A stretch of 20,000 bases of DNA. Origin: Kondoa subrosea. Taxonomy: Eukaryota. Of the stretch, positions 1 through 10,919 are shown piece by piece. Under the pieces are notes generated by a model. The model searched no databases. It was not told the origin of the DNA and was given only the letters and a program-made list of their open reading frames with translations. Position numbers and translations under genes: made by a program. How positions within the stretch are numbered: the first letter of the stretch is position 1; the number at the start of each line of letters is the position of its first letter. The stretch lies in the NCBI GenBank assembly GCA_039545335.1, contig BCIN01000010.1, positions 303,574-323,573 on the forward strand, written 5' to 3'.

Positions 1-2902
1 TAGCTGTCGGAGTCGGAGAGTAGGAATTATATTGCATGGGAGCCGGAGGAGGAGGGAGAGATGGATTTCGTTGTGGTTGAGCGTAAGATGAAGTTGAAGA
101 TGCCTGGCTCTGATATGGCTGCATACCATTTGTGCCTGCAGGATAAGAAGTCATCGACTGAGGCGATGGAGCGGGTCTGTATGCTGCAGGAGTTGGGGAA
201 TAGGAAGATACTGGTAATCGATTGGAAGACGGATTCGAGGAAGAGGGTCTCGTATCGGGGAAATGCACTCCGCCATGCAAGCTTGTTGCGGGAGTGGTGG
301 GATATTGAGGAAGATAAGGAGTTTGGTTCGATGACAAGTTGAGGCTCCCCATTGATTGACTCAGCGACGAGTCAGTAGAAGTATTCAGTCTGGACGAGAG
401 GTCTGCGGAAGCCACCGCTCTTGAGCGCTCGCTGGACCGTGTAGTCGTATACCTTGTGACACTTGCTCGGATACTGTCTACCAACTCCTTGAGATCTCGA
501 TAGAAAGCAATGCCTTTGCTGAGAACAGAAGGTCATGAGATTCGGCTGTTTGTGGAATGGACGTGAGCCTCACCCTAATCCAGCTCTAACGTCTTCGTAA
601 GCCTCGAAGGCTGAAGTGAAACGGCTTTCTAGCTCCTTTCTACCGCTATCAGCCGTATTCCATTGTTTTTGTATTGTCTTGGCGCTAGTACTTTCTGTCA
701 AGAGCCTATATTGTGTCGACAGCTCCTGCAAAAGCGATTGCTGGTGATGCAGTGTTGAGGCAATTCGAGCCTGATGAGGTCGGAACTTCTCCAATTCAGC
801 CGCAAACAGCGTCGGCTCAACATTCTGTGACTTGCGATTGAGAATAAGCAGATGAGAAATATCGTCCGCTTGCGTCTAGTATCAGTGCAACAAGCATCAG
901 TCTCTCAATCCCGCTCCTCTGACAGACATGCCTCACCCTTTCTTTGAGATCTTTGAGGACATCCGCGCGTTCTCTTTTAATTGCATACAGCCTCTCGATC
1001 AAACTTTCGACAGCTGCCACGGCCTGATCGATTTGAGCCTGGTCATCTTCGCTCGCATTGAAATCTCCCTCGCCCAGCAGGTCTAATTCTTTTGCATTGC
1101 CAGAAGATGATTGTAATGAGCTTGCATACAAGTGCTGCAAAGCTGAGAAATCGCTCAAGATTGCTACATCGGCCTTACAGCGGTCCCAAAGAGCTGACAC
1201 ATGCGAATCAGAGGCGGATGCGTCTTCGATTGCCGATTGCCGTTCTTTGATGTCAGTCTTGAGACTTCTAAATTCCATGACAGAAGCTGATGGTGCCTGG
1301 TTGAAGTGTGATGGATACTTGCGCCGAGCACTTTCGCAATCTCGTTCTTCGGTAGCTAAGTCTTGTGCCGAGCGTTCCAATTCGCCCAGACACTGGTTCT
1401 TGAGGCTGACAAGGGTGTTGAGGAATTCAGTAGTCTTTGTGGTCCGTTCTTGAGTCGACACCTCTCTCGAGTACTTCGCCACGTTCTGACTAGGTTCAAT
1501 AGACGAGGCAGTATCTTTGCTTTTGAATTTGGCCAGAGACGATGGAAGACCGAGATATTCTAATGAGGTGATCATTTCGCCATCTGCCACTTCAGCTCCT
1601 TCAGCTTCTTTCCTGACTAGTTTCGCTTTCTCCTCCGAATACATGCTTGCGCTTTCATGCACCGACAAGGGCACCAGCTTGATAAAAATGTCGGGGCCGA
1701 CAATCTTTTGAACTTCAGGATTCCCGTATACTTCTTGTATAGGAATTGGATCTGCTACTGATGTCTTCTCTAGGATTGGTAGGGAGGCTTCCAATGTAGG
1801 TTTGGCATGATAGATGAGATCGTTCTCCTTGGAAGCTGTTGCCAAAGCGGACTGAACGAGAGTTTGATGCGATTTGGTCATTTCATTCAAAGACGCAACC
1901 GAGTCAGCTGGAAGGGTCGGATTCAGGGAAGGTGCAAAGATAGCATGGAAATGGGATGCGTTGCGAGTCGCTTCTTTGGCCGATTCGACAGCTGAGGTCA
2001 ATCGAGTCAAAGCATCTCCATACTTGGTTGCTGTTGTATCGGCAATTGAGCGGTTGTATTGTGCCAATGAGGCAAAGTAGCTTGCTTTGCACTAAAGGAT
2101 GAAGGATCTCAAAACAGCAACTAGCGTGTGACGGAGATGCGAGCATACCTGAATCAGCAATGACCAGCTTCGACTAAACCAGCCCTTTGACACAAAATCC
2201 TTAAGATCTTCTTCTACAGAATGATAGAGTCCTGCAGCGGAATTGCAGACTTTCGCTTTCAAGCCAGCCCCTTTCTTGTCTGTCGACATACGCTCGATGA
2301 AGACTTCTGTTGCTTGACCCAGCATCAGTGCAATGAGGACTTTGACAACTTCTTTGGACAGGTCAGTGGAGGGTGCGTGAAGGAAATTGTCGTTGATATA
2401 GGTGTACATTCCAGCAGACTGCTTGAAATAGGTGAAGGCTCGCTTCAGACCTTCAGGAGAGGCCCTATTCTGGGAAGCAGCAAGAGCAGAAAGGGTTGCC
2501 GCAATGTTGAAGATGACGGAAGCCTTCTCGTAAGCCAATGACAGCTGTGAGATCTGCTTCTGGGTGAATGCATCGGCCCTGGAAGAGTTTCCGCTGTCAG
2601 GTCTCGCAACAAATATTCAACCAAAAACTACCTCACCAAGGAAACGGAACTCGAAGTTCAGGGAAACGCAGCTCAAGCAGCTCAAGTTGGCCAAAGTACT
2701 TGTATAGCAAATCTCTTGCTGTTACATCTGATCCAGCTGTGCCACGTAACGCATCTTGCCTACATCTATTCAGGGCTGCGCACTCGTCCGAATAATCGTC
2801 AGGCTTCTCGCCATAGACTGAACCAATGATTGATCTGATGGCTGGGGACCAATCCACTTCCTGCGTCACTTTCGACGGCGCGTACAGCAAAGGGGAGGTC
2901 AT
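1..2902 (-). CDS. BRO1: BRO1/ALIX-family ESCRT-associated vacuolar protein sorting protein (Bro1 domain, V domain, proline-rich tail); 3' end lies outside the window
   Basis: Exons 2902-2637, 2578-2149, 2091-937, 875-574, 518-<1, all with GT..AG introns of 55-61 nt. The spliced protein has Bro1-domain motifs ([95 protein letters not shown]), V-domain [10 protein letters not shown] and KGIAFYRDL, then a P/S/Y-rich tail still open at base 1. The proline-rich tail favours Bro1 over Rim20/PalA. Confidence 0.92.
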
Positions 2903-2987
2903 CCGCGCGGCGAGGTGTCGAAGTTGCTCGATTGTCGCTGTCTATAAGAAACCTCCATCTCATTGTTTCTTGTTTCTTGCGAGAGCC
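2903..2987. promoter_or_regulatory. Shared divergent promoter/5'-UTR region BRO1-NUP2 (85 bp)
   Basis: Head-to-head ATGs; contains TATAAG at 2943-2948 and a CT-rich tract before the NUP2 ATG. Confidence 0.6.
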
Positions 2988-5099
2988 ATGGGCAAGCGAA
3001 CGTGAGCTTTTAATGCACTAATGCTTTACGCAAGAACTGATATTAGCTTTCATCAAGGGCGGAGTCGCAATTGACCCAGGATAATGTTCGTTTCGATATG
3101 TGGAACTTGCTTAGGATCAGGCTGATATTGCTGACAGGTGAACGATGCGTACGACGACGATTCTCATGAAGAAGGCAAAGATTTCGCGAAAGCCGCACCT
3201 GAAGCATTGCAGACCAGAAAGTTGGTTTGTCTGCTTTCATGCTGTGGAGAGATTTTTACCTAGGCAACAGAATCAAAGGGCTACCTAGCAGGAGGTCAGG
3301 ATCATCTACACCTGTGCAATCTCCCAAACCTTCGTCAGAAAACAAGGCATTCAACTTTAGTACATCTGCGAACCAAAGCAGCAATGCTTCATCAACCCTC
3401 GATAATCCATACATTTCGCTGCGAGGTCTCAATGTATCAGTGATCAACACACTGCAGAAGCTGATTACAGAAGACCCATTCACGAACTTATATGATCAGC
3501 TGTCGAACATGACACAAAAATACAAGATAGAGCGAGATCAGATCGATAAAACAACAGTCTCTTCTTCTGCTGGCACTACAACGCAAGGAGTCGTCAATTT
3601 TGCTGTGAATGGAGAGGTCGCAACTGCATCGCAACCGACACCAACTCCCTTTGCAGGATTTTCCTTTTCGTCTCCAGCATCCACATCCAAATCAACAATA
3701 GCAGAGAAGAAAGATAGTAAAAGTGGACCTCCGGCTCCTCCTGCGAATGGCTTCTCGTTTGGTGGTAAAGTTATGGGCACACCCGAATCCGCTAAAAATC
3801 TGCCCTCATCCTCATCTACACCTTCACCTGGAGGCTTTGTATTCGACGCCAGCAAAGTACCAAAGAATGCAGAAAAGTCGGCCTTTTCTTTCCCTGTTCA
3901 ACCTCCGGTCACCAGCAAGGAGCTAAGCGTGCCCAAACCACTTGCTGCCGTCAGCATGCCGTCACGTCCTTCTCCCTTGCGAGAGTCATCGCATGTCGAC
4001 TCACCTCCATCAGCGAAGAAAGCGGAAGAGCCAGTCAAAGTCAATCCATTTGCCTCTTTCGGTGGTTTCGGCAGCAACAAGCCTGTAATTCCACCGCCCG
4101 TCACAACAACAGCAGCAGAAACCCCTAGCAATCCTTTCGCGGCATTTCAACCCAGCAACAAGGCACAGTCAAGTAGCATCACAACACCATCGTTCAGTTT
4201 CGGATCTGCTGCAACTGCAACTGAAAGTGCACCCAAGCCTACCTTTTCTTTTGGGACGACAATAGCTAAAGATACAAAGAGTGAAACGAAAGCAGCTCCC
4301 ACATTCTCATTTGGTTCGGCTAATACAAGTCAAAGTTCATCTGATAAGCCGAGCTCTACTTTCAGTTTCGGCGCTCTTCCAGCCACTACAACATCGTCCA
4401 GCAGTGTTGCAACACCCTCTGTTACTTCTTCATTCTCTTTTGGTCAAGCAGCCAAGCCCGCCAATGTCGGCTTTTCTTTTGGATCAGCAACTTCAACAAA
4501 TAATGCGACACCATCCTTTTCATTTGGCGCTGCTAGTAGTGCGACGACTTCCAAGCCTGCATCGGTCGGTTTCTCTTTCACTCCTTCAGTACCGTCAACA
4601 GCTGCTTCCTCTCAGCCGCAATCTGAAGCTGAAGAAACACCAGCAGGCGAAGTTTCTGGACCGCCAGAAGTCGTTGACAACCCTCTGTTGACCACTGGCG
4701 AAGGTGAAGAAGATGAGACAACGCTACATGAAACGAGGGCAGCTGTTTATGTATTAGAGAAGGGAGCAGAAACGAAATGGGTCAATCGAGGAGTTACGCT
4801 CTTCAAGGTGAAAGAGGATTCTAAAAAGGGAAAGAAAAGGGTTCTAGCTCGGTTAGCTACTACTGCGTCTGGTACTATCGTCTTGGTATGCAAATCAGTC
4901 GTTTCCTTCTTCTCGCAGGCTGACAGTTGATCCATAGAATTTCAATATCCCTAAAGGCTGGAAAGCCGAATGTAACGGCAAAGAAGTGAGCTTTGTTGGT
5001 TTCTTTGGAGAGGAGAACAAGGCATGCAAAGTGAAAGTCAAGACTGTAGAAAAGGCTACGGAACTTAAAGAGGCGCTCAACGCTGCAGCTGAGGTGTAG
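2988..5099 (+). CDS. NUP2: Nucleoporin Nup2/Nup50 (N-terminal NUP50 importin-alpha-binding segment, FxFG repeats, C-terminal Ran-binding domain)
   Basis: Exons 2988-3001, 3058-3085, 3138-3220, 3271-4885, 4938-5099. The spliced N-terminus reads MGKRTAESQLTQDN...FAKAAPEALQTRKIKGLPSRR (Nup2/Nup50-type). It also has a helical segment YISLRGLN...EDPF, many FSFG repeats, and a RanBD-like C-terminus (GEGEEDETTLHETRAAVY...WVNRGV...RVLAR...IVLNF). Confidence 0.88.
3650..4582 (+). repeat. Coding FSFG/FxF nucleoporin repeats within NUP2
   Basis: Recurrent FSFG/FSFS/FSFT motifs separated by S/T/A/P/K-rich spacers in ORF 3227-4930; degenerate at the DNA level. Confidence 0.85.
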
Positions 5100-5167
5100 A
5101 GTTTGTCACGATTTTGCATTGCATGGCGTGTGACCGAATCGTATGCGTGATAATACGTGAATACATT

Positions 5168-6449
5168 TCAATCTTCGCCGTCGCGCAGTACGCCAGGACA
5201 GAAGTAAGTCAAAACACCTCCCGATTCGGGACCTGCGCCAATGTAGACATAGAAGACGCAGCAAAAGTCCTTGCAAATTGCTAAATTCGGCAGTTTGGGT
5301 TAGAAAGATTCGAAAGACATGAGTTTTGCTCACAAGCAATTGCCGTTCCAGCGATAGCTCTGCTGGTTAAGAACTTGCCCAGGCTCTTCGCATCGAGAGA
5401 GCACGAAAAGAATTGTTGAAGGTCCCCCCGTTGCTGCGTTGGTGTAGGTCCTTGAGCTGGATCATCGGGTGTCACAAATTCAGGATGTCTCAAGTCCCTC
5501 CATTCCACTGTTACTTTCGCTTGATCTGATTCTACACCCATTCGAAGTATTCCCGACCGGTTTGCCGACAAAGTAACAGTAGTTGAGATTTTGGATAAGC
5601 GGGCTAGTACCGTGGTCAAAGCAGTCAAGGGCGGAAGAACGATATGCAGCTTTAATCCTGATCAGTCTTACAACTTCATATGTGAAGATCCTGGACTTAC
5701 GTCGGGGTCTGGACACATAGGTTCTTTGATGTTGTTCAGATTTGGCAGCACCTTAACAGAGACATCTTGTACCACATCTAATTGTCGGCCGGATCCGCTC
5801 TAGCAAACAATGAGGTTATGCAGGCGGGATAGAGGACATTAACCTACCGCGTTTTTAATCGAAATGCTCAAGACGGGGAACTTGCCTTTCTTCGTTAGCC
5901 TCAAAATTACCTCAGTCTGGTACTCGAAGGTCAGAGCTATGTGTAGTATACACAGCAAAAGGAAGCCTACCGCACCATCGGCAGATTTTAGAGCTCTGGA
6001 TGAAGCGAAAGATTAGCGTCAGCTAGGTAAGTGAAATTGATTTTACTTTTGCAGCGAGTCAGTAAGGAGCTCCAAATAAATCTCGTTGCCGCTATTAGAT
6101 TCCACACGAGAAGTCTTGAAGAGGGTTTCCTGAGATGGCAGATCAGTTGACAAACAGCTTCTAATAATAATGGACACATACTGCTTCGAATTGGCTGGGA
6201 AGAAAAATGTCAGATGGGCGAGTATGCGATTCATGGGGACTCACGCCCAAACCTGAACACCGCTGGTATCTTCTCCTGCACAAATGAAGAATATGCGTTC
6301 TCGAGCCAGCTTGAGCACGCATCGTTTCGAAAGCTTATCAATAGATTGACAGACGCCTGCAGACAGGATGAGAGGAGAAAAATATAGACAAGAAAACTAG
6401 AAATACGAGTGAACGTCGCTAAGCTCGAAACTTCAGCCCTGAAGCGCAT
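5168..6449 (-). CDS. HUS1: Hus1/Mec3 subunit of the 9-1-1 DNA-damage checkpoint clamp
   Basis: Nine exons: 6449-6407, 6356-6245, 6194-6182, 6129-6047, 5995-5971, 5916-5848, 5799-5701, 5649-5334, 5280-5168; introns 48-54 nt. Spliced protein: MRFRAEV...SIDKLSKRCVLKL...GVQVWAQFEAETLFKTSRVESNSGNEIYLEL...KALKSA...LRLTKKGKFPVLS...VVQDVSVKVL...IKEPMCPDPDLHIVLPPL...VFYVYIG...GGVLTYFCPG. This is the Hus1 motif series. Confidence 0.9.
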
Positions 6450-6651
6450 CGCATTGAGGCGCGAGCACCCTGAGAGCTATTTGCAAGAGCTGCAGAGGCG
6501 TCAGCAGCGAGGACTGGTGGAATCTCATCAACCTCGTGGGTGTCATCTTTGTTGACTGATATCAACGATGCAATCTTGGTGACTGGGCGATACAAGAGCA
6601 TAGACGTCTTCTTCAATTTGATACTGATACGCTCGACCGCCTCCGCAAGCC
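6450..6651. promoter_or_regulatory. Shared divergent promoter region HUS1-CDH1 (202 bp)
   Basis: Head-to-head ATGs at 6449 (-) and 6652 (+). Confidence 0.6.
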
Positions 6652-8743
6652 ATGGATTCAGATCTCTTCAAGCGGATGCGCACAGGGACAAGTCAATCTG
6701 CTGCAAGTGATAGTACAGCCAGCACGTCAAATTCAAACACTAGCTCTGGTTCGAGCTTGTTCTCTCGTCCTGGCACTGGAGCAACTTCTTCCAGCTCACA
6801 TTCCAGCACGCATCAAAGAGCAGAGTCGTTTAGCGGACATTCAAGCGAGAAGCTGTTTGACACAGGCAGTCCATCTTCCCCGCGGAAGAGCGCAAAGAAG
6901 GACAAGAGCTATGGCGATCGCTTCATACCTAGCAGAGATCCAACTGGAATGGATCTCACAACTACGTACCAGCTCATGGGCGATGGAACGCGGCCTGGGA
7001 GTGCTTCGAAAGGGAAACGCAAGCTTGACAAGACTGATATGGATGCAAGAAAGGACGAAGCCAACAAAACTTTCAACGCTCTTCTTCGATCAGAACTCTT
7101 TGGATCTACTTCACAATTGTCTCACTCAACTTCTCTACCTACTTCCCTCGCAGCAGCAGCTCAATTGGACGGAGGCTCTCCCTCTTCTACTGGAAGCAGA
7201 AGATACACCTCGTCGACATCAGGACATCCCATAGCATCTCATAGTCCACCTGGTACACCAAATTCGACTGGCTCAGCAGGATCTGCCTCGAAGAATCTCT
7301 TTTCTTTCTCCACTCCTTCTCGCAAACGTCTTGCATTGACAGCGGGGGCACAAGGCGCCGATTCGCCTACATCAGATCGATATGCTGTATCTCCTGTCCG
7401 ATACGAATCGCAACAATTACTGCTCTCCCCACGAAAGACACCACGCAACCTCTCAAAAGTCCCTTACAAGGTTCTAGACGCTCCTGATCTGGCAGACGAC
7501 TTCTATCTGAACTTGGTCGATTGGAGCTCGTCGAATAACTTGGGCGTGGGGCTTGGGAACTGCGTATATCTCTGGTCTGCTGCGACGAGTAAAGTCACTA
7601 AGCTGTGCGACTTCACGGAAAGGAACGACCCTATTACTTCTTTAGCTTGGATGAATAGAGTCAGTCCCAACCTCACGTTATCACATGCGCGCTCACATAG
7701 GAACAGGGTCCGCACATTGCGGTGGGCACCAACACGGGAGCAGTCGAAATCTGGGACGCTGAGACGCAACAATTTATCCGCAAAATGGGTGGTCATACAT
7801 CTCGTGTTGGCGCCTTATCGTGGAATGAAGCTACCCTCACCTCTGGCAGTCGAGACCGCAACATCTTTCACAGAGATGTACGAATACCAGATCAATGGAT
7901 CAAGAAGCTCTCTGGACATAAGCAGGAAGTTTGCGGCTTGAAATGGTCTTTCGATGGGAAACAGCTTGCAAGTGGGGGCAATGACAACAAACTCTTTGTT
8001 TGGGATGGGCTACGAAGCGACGGGCCTCTCTGGAAGTTCAGCGAGCATTCGGCTGCTGTGAAAGCTATTGCTTGGAATCCGCATCAGCAAGGCATCTTGG
8101 CCAGTGGAGGAGGTACTGCGGACAAGAAAATCAGGTTCTGGAATACCATCACTGGTACGATGCTGAGTGAGGTTGATACCGGGTCACAAGTCGGTTGCTG
8201 GTCAAGCTTTTCGGATCATAAGCTGATGGTTTCTCTCCAATCTGACAGATCTGCAATCTTGTGAGTTTTCGACACCCTGATTCACCAACTATGACCTGAT
8301 GATCTCTATTAGCTTTTCAGTACTACTTCGTCAGAGCTGGTCTCCACGCATGGTTTTTCAGCAGGTGCCGTGCAAAATCAAGTTTGTATCTGGAAATAGT
8401 CAGTGCCTTTACCGGCTCTATGACCAATACTAACATGGCTACAGTCCTTCGATGCAACAAGTGGCTACTCTGACTGGTCATACTTATCGCGTACTCTATC
8501 TTTCAGCAAGTCCAGATGGTGAGTCGATTTTTTTTTGACCTGCAACAAGTTTTCCAATTGTCTTTTATAGGGAGAACTATCGTTACAGGTGCTGGCGATG
8601 AAACGCTCCGTTTTTTTGAGCACATTTACTTCTGTATTCAGTTCATAGCTCATTATTTGTCTCCAGGGGATTGCTTCAAAGCAGCACCGAAGAATTCGTC
8701 AACCAACAGATCAGTTCTTGATCCAACAGCTAGTATCCGATAG
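6652..8743 (+). CDS. CDH1: APC/C co-activator Cdh1/Fzr1 (Hct1/Srw1), WD40 repeat protein
   Basis: Exons 6652-7659, 7707-8189, 8249-8260, 8313-8398, 8445-8518, 8571-8615, 8667-8743. It has the C-box DRFIPSR, SQQLLLSPRK..R..SKVPYKVLDAPDLADDFYLNLVDWS (Cdh1-type rather than Cdc20), WD40 repeats (GHKQEVCGLKW, LASGGNDN, LASGGGTADKKIRFWN, GHTYRVLYL), many SP/TP sites and a C-terminal IR tail. The last intron has an anomalous donor (see findings). Confidence 0.93.
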
Positions 8744-9083
8744 GCTGTCGATGCACTTGCAATAATAAAGGCGGTGGAGTAACGATGAACAGGGCTGCAT
8801 GCTAGCGAGAACTACTCGAGAACTCAGTCAAAGGCACTGCTCCGACTGTATTGAGTCGGATTGACTTTCGTCATCATCGCGCGACCATTGTTATTTGCCT
8901 CATGAGCCACCTCACTGCAAAGCTGTAGACACGCAAATATATCGGCAGCGAGCACAGTGGCAGCATTCGAAGTTTGGCACTGATCCTACAACACGTGAAT
9001 CTTTACTAATGATTATTTGCGTGCAATAGCATCCCTTGAACACGCCAGGTCTCGCGTTCTGGGCCTCTAGTAGCACAACGGTG

Positions 9084-10854
9084 ATGGCCAGCTCAAGTAT
9101 ATCCAGTGCCAAAACGTCCTCTGCTGCAGTAGCTTTCTCAGATTCACCAACGGAATTGTTCCTGTCGACCCCAGCTCCTGTGCTTCACTTGCTTGGATAT
9201 TCTGCTCCATTTATTCGCGCTCTCACACCTCTTGCTCAAGCACTGACCTGGAACAGTCCGAATCAATGGCATTCGTGGATTCTACTTGCGACATGGTGGT
9301 CCTCTTGTTTATGCGGAAGAGTATTGCTCAAGTACGGTCTGAATGCATCATTCTTGCTGCTACTTGGGTATGGTTTCCTAGCAGATAGAAGTAGAAAGAA
9401 GCGGAAGGAATTGAATACGAGGAGAGACGGTTTTGAAGCTGCTTTGTCGCCAGACAAGCTTCAATCAGTCATGGAAGAGACTAGGCTGTTGAATCAAGCC
9501 TTACAAGATATCATCTCTACCTTTATCGTACCAATTCGACAATTGCTAATGTGGAAGAACCCATCAGCGAGTAAACTTGCAATTTCGTATCTGATCACAT
9601 CATACCCCGCCTATCTCGCATTCACAATCCTTATCGGAACCCGATACTTTGTCTTGATCCTGGGTACCATAATGATTTCATGGCACGCGAAGTGGTTCCA
9701 AGTTTTATACAAAGCTGGCAGCAAGAGTCTAGTGTGTAGATGGATCGCTCAGACTATGCGTGCGATATCTGTAGATGGCGGACGCGGTCTCATGAAGCAA
9801 TTTCGGAGGGGAAAGAAAGCATCTTCAATCTTTGCGAGTCCTGACTTGGGTCTTTCGATTACTCAAACTGTGTCTGCGACCGTCCATGGCACTGTGGCGA
9901 ACTCATCGAATGTTGTCGATATCTCCTCTATCGCCAACTTGAAGGGCGACGTTGTGCAGGAGAAAGACGAAGCTGAAGAAGATCTGCCTGAGAGCGATGT
10001 CTTATTCACCTTCAACGTATATGAGAATCAGAGATGGTGGGTGGGCTTGAACTTCTCTCAAGCTCTCTTGCCAAACGAAAGAGCACCTTGGTGAGTTCTT
10101 GTCCCTTCAAGTCGCAAAACCCCATGACTGACCAATGCGTTGGTCAGGACCGACTATTCGCTAGCTGCAGTCCAGCCGCCCTCTTCTTTCACACTACCAG
10201 CTGTTCAAACCACTCTCATAGCAGCACCAACCAAATCTGATCCCACAGCAACTCTGAAAAGGACAACCCAATGGCAGTGGGTCGATACGGATTGGCATGT
10301 TCGACCCGACTCTACTAGCAAGATTCCAGTCAAAGCTTCAGCTGCACAAACTACTCTTCAGAGCAGCGCCAACACAGCTTCACCTTCCAATCCTGCAGCT
10401 TTTTCAGAATGGGCAAGAAACAAAGCTTTGCTGGCCAGTCAGAATGTCAGAAAGAGCGCTACCGAGAAGGAACAAACTTCTTCGCCGAACAAACACAAGA
10501 GAATGTCCAGTCTAATGAGTAATTCGGACGAAGATGCAAAGGATAGTAATCAGGATATGAGCAACAATCTACCTCGAGCGGCGGCTCTGAAGGAAGAGGA
10601 TAGCGAGACTTGGAGTGCGGATGCAGAAGGATGGCAGTACACAGATAATGCTTGGGAGAAACCTACAGCAACTGGTGGCATGGGTCAGTTTGCATCCGGA
10701 TACTTTATTACAGTCTGATATTGTGTCGATCACAGGTCGTTACACCAGACGGCGTATTTGGGTTAGAAGAGCCAAGGTAGTAGAGACCGTAGAAAGAAGC
10801 GCAGACGATACAGGCTTGAGAAAACGGCTTACAAGTACAACAGGCACAGATTAA
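9084..10854 (+). CDS. Pex23/Pex30-family integral membrane peroxin with a reticulon-like hydrophobic region and a split dysferlin domain
   Basis: Exons 9084-10090, 10148-10683, 10736-10854. Hydrophobic segments (SWILLATWW, LISYLITSYPAYL-type) are followed by DysF-N (FNVYENQRWWVGLNFSQALLPNERAPWTD), WQWVDTDW and DysF-C (EGWQYTDNAWE...GRYTRRRIWVRRA). The start is taken as the first in-frame ATG (9084). The exact paralogue is not assignable. Confidence 0.82.
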
Positions 10855-10919
10855 TCTATTCTATCATGTGACAAGTATACAAGAACGACTTATGTATACA
10901 ACAATTCATGTGCATCAAC

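Noticed and set aside
61..2795. Plus-strand ORFs opposite BRO1 (61-342, 1058-1453, 2221-2541 and others)
   Set aside because: Antisense shadows of BRO1 exons with no recognisable motifs.
3227..3270. ORF-track start of NUP2 at TTG 3227
   Set aside because: It lies inside intron 3; three upstream exons give the conserved Nup2 N-terminus from ATG 2988.
6419..6616. 65-aa minus-strand ORF in the HUS1-CDH1 gap
   Set aside because: TTG start, overlaps the HUS1 start out of frame, and occupies the shared promoter; no coding evidence.
7660..7941. Apparent frameshift or pseudogene in CDH1, and similar ORF breaks in other genes
   Set aside because: Each break is explained by a short intron with donor, branch site and acceptor that restores conserved motifs.
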